From positions 34,348,153-34,410,182 of the forward strand of contig NC_069005.1 in the NCBI RefSeq assembly GCF_001194135.2: a stretch of 62,030 bases of DNA, in the 5' to 3' direction. Of the stretch, positions 53,480 to 62,030 are shown one piece after another. The notes under the pieces are model-generated. The model was not told where the DNA came from. It saw nothing but the letters and a program-made list of their open reading frames with translations, and did not search any database. Numbering within the stretch: position 1 is the stretch's first letter; the number at the start of each line of letters is the position of its first letter. A program made the translations under genes and the position numbers. Origin of the DNA: Octopus bimaculoides (Eukaryota).

Positions 53480-53950
53480 ATGAATGTACCCCACCGAATA
53501 AAAGAGTACCACACCATTACTAGTATTGCAAGCCCAAAAGAAGTACGATACATCGGTCAACTTCAAAGACTGGGAAAAGCGAAGAGCTAAGCTAAAGCAG
53601 CTTCCACTGATTACAATGATCTGCATTTGTTGAGAATGGGAAGGACTAATCCAAGACTAAAGGCTTCAAAACAACCAACCAGTTAATGCAGAGCATTGCA
53701 TTTAGCAAATACACCGGTCCAAATGGGTACTCCAGCTGGAACGACCAAACCGCCGACACGGTGTAGTTCTTGAACACGATAACGCTTGCCCCACGTCGTT
53801 AGTTTAACCAAAATTGTTATTCAAGAGATGGGTTAAGAGGTTCTACGACACCCGCTGTCTTCACCTGATATAACACCTTCAGATTATCACGTTTTTGGTG
53901 ATCGCTCCGCAACAATCTGCGAGGTGTTTCGTTCAAATAATTTAGCTTGA
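53480..53950 (+). mobile_element. Mariner (Tc1/mariner) transposase remnant
   Basis: Frameshifted translation gives VVLEHDNA.PHVVSLTKIVIQEMG*EVLRHPLSSPDITPSDYHVF.SLRNNLRGVSF, matching the mariner HDNARPH and YSPDLAPSDY motifs. A WVPH-like remnant lies near 53487. Confidence 0.85.
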
Positions 53951-54009
53951 TGAATTCTTCATGGCGGGGCAATTAACACAGACAGAAAGACACATATTAA
54001 TAGAAACAC

Positions 54010-54061
<52 letters not shown>

Positions 54062-54063
<2 letters not shown>

Positions 54064-54222
54064 GACGGGCTTCTTTCAGTTTTTGTTAACCAAATCCACT
54101 GACAAGTGTTTGGTCAGCCTCAGACCACAGTAGAAGACACTTGCCCAAGGTACCACGCAGTGGAACTGAACCCGGAACCATTTCGTTGAGAAGCAAGTTT
54201 CTTACCACACAGCCACGCCTAT
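54062..54222 (-). mobile_element. SINE family A head
   Basis: acgacgggcttctttcagttt…gtagaagacacttgcccaagg…ttcttaccacacagccacgcc. Confidence 0.85.
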
Positions 54223-54223
54223 A

Positions 54224-54260
<37 letters not shown>

Positions 54261-54700
54261 GTGTATGTATGCATGTATGTATGTATGTATGTATGTATGT
54301 ATGTATGTATGTATGTGAAATGTTTCCAGCGCTCTGGTCCGCTGATAGACGTCAGACTGGAACCAGTGAATGATTAAAACACGATGGGAAACAGTGAATG
54401 ACGTGCGTGCGTGCGTGCGCGCAAGTGTAGGCGCTTCTGAATCGGCATGTTTCGCATGTATTGGTGCACTGGACGGACGTAAGACCTGAAAGGTAGAAGG
54501 AAGAGGAGACATAGCAAGAGAGGCAGAACGATGGGGGAAGGGTGGGAGTGAGCGGTGTGTTTCTTGATATTTCTACATCATCAACTGTTATAGAAATATC
54601 ACAAGTGAAGTGGAGAGATTTCAAATTGAGATAATTTGGAGGGGGACTATTAGACTTCATGTCTTTTATGTATTAAATACACACACACATACATACATAC

Positions 54701-54740
<40 letters not shown>

Positions 54741-54841
54741 ATGTGTGTGTGTATGTATATGTATATTTATATGGGTTATGTATATATATATGTCTGTTTT
54801 ATATATATATATACATGTATACATACACATTTTATGTATGA

Positions 54842-54887
<46 letters not shown>

Positions 54888-55232
54888 ATGTATGTAAATG
54901 TGCATATATACGTATAGATAGATAGATACGTACATAGACGAATATCTGTATATATACACTGGCATCCATGTATGTTTATATATAGGTATATATGTGCATG
55001 TATATATGTATGTGTGTGTACATACACATGTATGTATATATGCATACACACACATACATACATATATATACATGTATGCATGTATGCATACATGCATACA
55101 TGCATATGCCTGTATGCATGCTTGTATGCATGTATACGAGGGAAACGTAAGATTATGCAACAATACAGAATGTTTCTGATGTAACGGAGTCAGCAATCTC
55201 TCCCTCTTTCACTCTCTCTCTCTCCTTACTTC

Positions 55233-55270
<38 letters not shown>

Positions 55271-55723
55271 TACTTCCCCTCTTCTCTCTCTCTCTCTCGC
55301 TTTTGCTGTACCCATTAAACAAACCGATGAATGAATAAATAAATAGATAAATAAATAAATAAACAAATAAGTAAATAGGATTTCTCTCTTCTAAGATGGT
55401 GGATGTGTTGATGAGAAGTAAATCTCCAATCGGTTGCCCGGCTGGTTGGCTGGCTGGTTGGCTGGCAGTGTCAGAGATGGCGCGTTATAATCGCTTGCTT
55501 CACCATCATCGACTTCCCCACTGCCGGGACTCTATAGAATCCACTTCAAAGACATCCTCGTGGCTACGTGTGTCTGTGTGTCTGGGTTACGACGGCTGCG
55601 AGAAGTGGAATGAGAATATTAAATTAGAAATATGGCCGTCTCATCTCAACAGCCCGGCCGGGATGCATTCTTCATATCAAATTTCTATCGACAGACTCAT
55701 CGATTCACATTTCACAGCGGTCA

Positions 55724-55768
<45 letters not shown>

Positions 55769-55778
55769 GCTGCTGCTG

Positions 55779-55830
<52 letters not shown>

Positions 55831-57055
55831 AGAAGATGAGGCCACATTGCAGCTGCTGTGTAGTTAATCGGAGGTTGTTTGGGTAATGTGTTCAGTATAT
55901 AAAGGTATATATATGTGTACGTCGTAACTAATTCTATCCCGATTGATAGAAGCAGTTAGTACGTCTTTCAAGAGAACTTTGGTGAGCCTGGCGAAAAGTA
56001 TGCTACCAGAGTCTACAACAACGACAACCCTTGGATTCATCCCAAACCGACTGGCCCTCTTATCAACCCCAGTGAGAACATAACTCTTATGCCGCCTCCC
56101 TTAACACTCGTACGCCGTACCTACTCCGGAGACAAAGCGAACTGTGACCACAGAGGCATTCAAGAGGTGGCCACAGTCGTTGGCGTTCAAGAACACAGAA
56201 TTACCTGTGAATAGAAAGTATGTGCCAGTGTGTATTTCTGTATATGTGTGAGTGTGTACATGCGTTAGTGTGTGTGAGATATATGTATGTGCGTCAGTGT
56301 GTGTGTGTGGGAGTGAGAGTGAGTGTGAGAGAATTATCAGAGTGTGTATCTGTGTGTGCGGTGTTTGATGGGTTTTTGTCCTGCTGTAGATGCTGAAGGC
56401 CTAGGGTTATAATATATTTGTGGAAGGACAGTGTATTTTTTATGGAGACGCGAAACGATATTTTGATATTGTTTTACAAGAAAGGAAACCATTTTTTCAT
56501 TATTTTTTTTTTTTACAGAGAAATGAGAAGACAAGTGTCGCGGGAGTCCCCTGGCGGCAGGAAAATATTAAATCGGAATTAAAATAAAAGTTGAACATTA
56601 TTGTTGCTTTTGATGAAGAAATAAAAAAGACGCAGAAATTGTGTGGAATTTATCTTGGAAGGAATTGGAATACAACGAGAACCTGAATAAGACAATGTGT
56701 GGCTGTGTGGGTATGTGTGTGTGTGTGTGTGTGTTTGTACATACCAATTTGTAAATATCTATGGATGTGTGTGTGTGTGTTTGCGTGTGCTTGCACATAC
56801 ATGCACGTAATATACGAATGTGTGTGTGTGTGTACTTGCTTATGTCTAAATATCTATGGATATGCGTCTGGTGAAAATAAGTACATGCAAATATCAATGT
56901 GTGCGTATGTGTGCGCGCATGTCTCTGTGTGTTTGTGTGTCTGTATGTCTGTGTAGATATAGGTAAATGTCTTTCGATATATATATGTTTGTGTGTATTT
57001 GTACATATACATATGTAAAAACCCATGGATACATGTATATGTATGTGTCTGTGTG

Positions 57056-57089
<34 letters not shown>

Positions 57090-57471
57090 CCTCTGCACGC
57101 GGATGTATGTATCACCATGGATATAGCGAAGGCATGTACAAGACTGACACTCGTATAAATTCGAGTAGCTATAACAGCAGCAGCAGATTTTCTGTGAAGA
57201 AGAGTCATGTTACAGTGTAGGCCAAAGAACTTAGGTATTCCCAGGTAACATCGATGCAGCTTGGCACCGACGGCAGAGAGAGAGAGCATTACTCTTGGAA
57301 GGCGGCAAATTTCTTTGTAGTCTCCAGTTTCGGCCTTCATCAGATGACTAAACAAGCTGAATGTACGAAGTGACCCTCAACACTATTCTTGTTAAAGAAT
57401 AATAAATCTTTACCTTACAAAAAGTTTTGAGTAATCCTTCAGTTTAAATTTTAATATAACTCGAGATATTG

Positions 57472-57690
57472 GCAGCGAGCTGACAGAATCGTTGGCGCGC
57501 AACCAGGCAAAAATACTTCGTGGCATTTCATCTGGCTTTGAGTTTTGAGTTCAAATCCCGCCGAGGCCGCGTTTGCCTTTTTATCCTTTCTGGGTCGAAA
57601 AAATAAATACCAGTTGAACACTAGGGTCTCTCTAATCGACTTAGTCCCTCCCCCGAAACTGCTGGACTTGTGCCAAAATTTGAAACCAAT
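57472..57690 (+). mobile_element. SINE family B
   Basis: gcagcgagctgacagaatcgttgg…gagttcaaatcccgccgagg…aataccagttg…ggacttgtgccaaaatttgaaacc. Confidence 0.8.
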
Positions 57691-57765
57691 ATAACTCGAC
57701 ATAACCAACAAATATATATGTAATTTTGGATTTTGTCCCTAATATTATATATANNNNNNNNNNNN

Positions 57766-57819
<54 letters not shown>

Positions 57820-57932
57820 CATAAGTGTATATGCATGTGTACATTTATAAACACACACTCACACACATGTATATAAACAGAAACATAAGTATGTATACAG
57901 TTACTGAGATAGATTATCATAGATTATCTTAC

Positions 57933-58087
57933 CTGATAATTTCGACCACACCATCGGCAATAATGAACATTTCACGAGCAACCTCACCTCTTCGACAAAT
58001 GAGGTCACCCGGCGTGAATATATGAGCTTTCATTTTGAGGACTAAATCATGCAAGAATTCAGGTTGGCATTCTTGGAATATAGTTAC
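57933..58087 (-). CDS. Cngl: CNG channel exon C, CNBD start: VTIFQECQPEFLHDLVLKMKAHIFTPGDLICRRGEVAREMFII ADGVVEII(S)
   Basis: Acceptor cattgcag, donor AG|gtaaga, 155 nt (phase 0 to 2). Contains the F.PGD.IC..GE..REMFII CNBD signature. Confidence 0.95.
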
Positions 58088-58653
58088 CTGCAATGATCAT
58101 GGGTTCAGGCTGGATTAAATGAAACAACGGCACCAATAACAGCAACAACAATAAAGACAATGACAAGCATTTATTAGAAAGGTGAACCAGTTGTTTCGCA
58201 TATTGGCAGAAGGATATCAATTGGTGCGGGGGTGGGGCGCATAATAGATGAGATCGGCCCCGGAGTACACCCATTTCTTTAAGAGTTCTGCCAATTCCGA
58301 TAATAAAAAGGTGAAAATATGACAAAACCGTCAAAGAAAGGATTCGAATAGAAAATTATGAACAAAAGAGATCCACAACTTCAAGACATTTAATCCGGCA
58401 CAGCAAACTATTTGCCGGATTAACACCGTCAGACTTCATTGTCATAGAGTTTAGTCAGGCGTAAATTGATCAAATACTGGTGTTAAACCAATACAGCACA
58501 GTCAACTACTACTACTACTACTACTACTACTACCGTCGACATTAGCGCAAGAAAAACAACAGTAACATAAATAAAGAAAAACATCACAATGATCAACTGT
58601 AACCGTTAATAAAACAACAACAACAACAACAACAATGTGACCAGACCAATTAC

Positions 58654-58756
58654 CTTCTTCAAAGTGTCCAGATTAACATTTAGTGCCAATTCCGTCTTTA
58701 ATTTATCCGGCAACATGCCCAAAGAACTGATGTCAAGACTACCATTCATTCTTCCT
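58654..58756 (-). CDS. Cngl: CNG channel exon B, C-linker: (R)GRMNGSLDISSLGMLPDKLKTELALNVNLDTLKK
   Basis: Acceptor tatatttctccag, donor AAG|gtaatt, 103 nt (phase 2 to 0). Contains the LPDKLKTELALNVN..TLKK motif typical of CNG channels. Confidence 0.93.
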
Positions 58757-58773
58757 CTGGAGAAATATAAAAT

Positions 58774-58871
<98 letters not shown>

Positions 58872-58993
58872 AAGAAGAAGAAGAAGAAGAAGAAGAAGAA
58901 GAAGAAAAAATTTTATTGATTTTAATAAAGATGCAATAAAAACTCCACACAACAAACTGTCTGAGATTTACAAGGAGTGTAAAGTGTAAGATC

Positions 58994-59043
<50 letters not shown>

Positions 59044-59913
59044 TAATAACAATAAAGATGGTGGTGGTTTTGATGATGGTGGTGGGGGTGACGATAACGA
59101 GGACATTAATAATCAGATAACAATATAGAATCGGAACCTAACAATAAGAGAGGATGGTGGATTCACCTCGAGTGATTCAGGGACAGACCGTGTATAACAA
59201 CAGGTCGCTCCGACACACCAAATACAAAGGCCTATCGGCTACCCGGCTAGCCACACCCTTTGCCAACCCCCTCCCCCCACCCTCACCCAATTTTCATTAT
59301 ACTCATTATAGGACAGCCTCCCCTACCACTCTTCTTTTTGTATGTGAGTGTGTGTGTGTGTGTTTGTGTAGATGAATCTATTTGTGCGTGTCCGTGTGGT
59401 GTGAAAAGGAATGGAAACGAAACACTTTGAGCGAAATGTCCTGTTTCAAACTTCATCAGACCAACCAGAATATTCAGAGTGACATCAATACCGTTTCCAG
59501 CTGCCAGGAAGGTCACCGTCTCTGGAGACTGGCGCGTGACAAGCCTATATTTCACAGACTGCAAGGTCATAAATACCATCAACCACACAACATCGCCGAC
59601 AGTTAGTGAACCACTGAAGAGGGTATACAAGTACTTTAGCGGGTCCCATCATGGCACCCTGCTACGGACCCAACGTGGATGCGGTTGAGATAAAGAAGCA
59701 AATCGAACAGATACCCCGCCACCCACCAACGTATTTCTCAACAAAATTGATTAAACTCCGAACAACGAAAGTTTTCAGCTAAAGTAGAATCCAAAATCAG
59801 TAACAACAACAACAACAACAACAACAAACAATCGCAACAATAACGAGAAGAATTGTTACAGAACGCTCTTAGAGTCACTCTGTTCCGATATGACAAAGGT
59901 GAACTTTACTTAC

Positions 59914-60002
59914 CTAGACCAGACATAGTCGTACCATCTCTGGACACGCTTCTGCAGTTCTTTGGGCACGTTGTGGCTTTGCATGTAAAATTTGGCACCA
60001 TC
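59914..60002 (-). CDS. Cngl: CNG channel (CNGL-like) exon A, C-linker: DGAKFYMQSHNVPKELQKRVQRWYDYVWS(R)
   Basis: Manual translation. Acceptor tttctctttcacag, donor AG|gtaagt, 89 nt (phase 0 to 2). Matches the CNG C-linker motif. The symbol rests on my recollection of the Drosophila CNGL sequence, not on a search. Confidence 0.92.
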
Positions 60003-60217
60003 CTGTGAAAGAGAAACGCGTGACAACGGTATGGGATTGTGAAATGTATAGTTTATATGGTCAATGGTGAACTATAGCGTCGTTCTATAGGAGGCCGTTT
60101 ATGGCAGTAATTCAGTGAAGAACATCACATCGCAAGGGGCAATTTTCGGAAAGTATTTATTTTCCGGTTTTCTTGCTAATTTTTATATCTAATTATGACA
60201 ATCACAAAGATATGGAC

Positions 60218-60262
<45 letters not shown>

Positions 60263-60309
60263 CGCACATACACACACACAATTACACGTATACGTACTGG
60301 TGTGTGCGC

Positions 60310-60347
<38 letters not shown>

Positions 60348-60654
60348 TTATCGCCAAGCCAACATGGCAGTCCCAAAATTATATATATATATACATATAC
60401 ATATATGTTCATATATACATACATAAAGCTGAAGGAAACTTTTGTCAGATTTTCTTTCGATTTGTGTCTTGAGGTCAACGAATGATCCTTGATGGGTTCT
60501 TTGGTAAATACTAGCGGAATATCAGCGAATGTTCAGCAGTTCTTTATTGGCTCCGTTTAGTATTGGCGGGAGGGAATTCTTAACCAGATGTATCTCATCG
60601 GTTGTTGCTAATTCCGTGAGTTTCTGGGTGAAAAATCATTCCGTCCACCCTACA

Positions 60655-60745
60655 CTCGGCAATTAACTGAGATTTTATTTATTGACACTGGAGGGATAAA
60701 ACATATAAGGCAAAGTTGACCTGGAAGGATTCGAACTCAAAGAGT
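60655..60745 (-). mobile_element. SINE family B, diverged
   Basis: aactgagattttatttattgacactggaggga…aaggcaaagttgacc…ggattcgaactc is the reverse complement of the family B core. Confidence 0.55.
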
Positions 60746-61969
60746 TGCAACGAAAAGTGTAGAGAGGGAGAGATTCCAAGGCACTTGGCTAATTTCCTTT
60801 AACATGTGAAGTACATCGGAGTCTGACCTGGTTAAATGAACTTAAAGTAAATGCTTTGGTCACGGTTGGAGCACTTTAATCATTGGTTTGATGACAGAAA
60901 CACCCCCATCCCATCCTCAATAGCTCTATAGAACAACAACAACAACAACAATAGTGTTTAGTGTGAACGTATCAATACAAATATATATTCTTCACTTAAG
61001 GATATTAGATTTTAAAACCGATATTTTAAGAAAAAAATTGTTTATCTCTATTATATACTCTCACGTGAGTTACATATCGTTCGAGTATATGCAACCATAT
61101 ATATATGTGTGTGTGTGTGTATATATATATATATACATACATATATATACATATACATGCATAAATATATATAGACATGAATACATAAATGTGTGTATGT
61201 GTATATATATATATGTATGCGTGTATGTATCTATCTATATAATATGTGTGTGCGTGTGCGTGGGGGCGTGAACACGTATGTGTATGTGTGTGTATGTACA
61301 TCTTTATTCACTCAGGATACTGTTTTGTTGTTGGGAGAAGGGAGATTAATTTTTGAGGATCTTTAGGTTTTTTTTTTTTTTGTTATTTTGTAGAATTTAT
61401 TGTATTTATTGATCTTACTTTCTGATTGTTTTTATTATTGGTGTTTGCTTTCCCAAAAATACAAATATATTTTTAGAAATATGAAGGGTTTTTGCTTCCA
61501 TTCTTGTTTCAGGTCTTTTTTTTCTTTTAGCTTGTATATATATATATTTTTATTTTTGCAGCTTTTCTTGAGATTGTATTTAGGAAAATGGTTGAGGAAA
61601 GAATTTCTTTCATTAGATATACTTTTGTGGTGAATGTTCATATCCATACACATCTACGTACACATATGTGAATGTGTATGTATGTATTTTTGTGTGTATG
61701 TGTATATGTGAAGGTATGTATAGGAATGTACATGCGTCTATATTAGTTATTACATTCGCCTCGTTCTTTTACTCGTGTTTGCTTAAGTAGGTTCACACCC
61801 GCGAACACACGCTTACACGTCCTTCTCTCGTATGCTCACACTCACTCTCACACGCATCCGTACACTGACGGATACGCTCGAACATATTCTAACTCACACA
61901 CACACGCAGGGTCGCATACAAAGACACATGCACATACGTACTTATTTGTGCGTGTGTGTGTGTGGTGTG

Positions 61970-62030
<61 letters not shown>

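Noticed and set aside
55956-55962. Perfect TACTAAC branch consensus on the minus strand
   Set aside because: A 7-mer expected several times in 62 kb; no convincing exon follows.
60003-62030. Search for the S6/pore exon upstream of exon A
   Set aside because: No donor with a matching frame was found; upstream exons lie outside the window.

Overview
This is AT-rich, microsatellite-saturated eukaryotic DNA with many N gaps. The SINE families and repeat load fit an octopus (cephalopod) draft assembly; this is an inference. No prokaryotic features are present, and almost all of the ORF track is microsatellite or N-gap noise. The window holds the 3' half of one minus-strand gene, a cyclic nucleotide-gated channel of the CNGL-like type. 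I joined five short exons by hand (59914-60002, 58654-58756, 57933-58087, 47781-47867, 26638-26734). All have GT-AG ends and matching phases and give 177 codons of C-linker plus CNBD (…GDFFGEIGIL…RRTADVRS…DQPDAE). They splice in frame to a 2.4 kb last exon (6211-8634) encoding the CNBD C-helix and an ~800 aa disordered tail. The transmembrane exons lie beyond the right edge. Main observation: the last intron contains a second phase-0 exon (17808-17911) that encodes a paralogous C-helix (AVLVGYAKDRLKSL vs LIIREYGEKRLKEI). It is followed by a 103 nt intron and a short terminal exon, which suggests an alternative-last-exon switch exchanging both the ligand-binding helix and the tail. A candidate stop-carrying microexon lies at 47298-47304/47319. 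The introns contain many tRNA-derived SINEs (some as inverted pairs), an RTE LINE 3' fragment with two C2H2 fingers, and a mariner remnant. All splice models come from sequence only and need RNA evidence.
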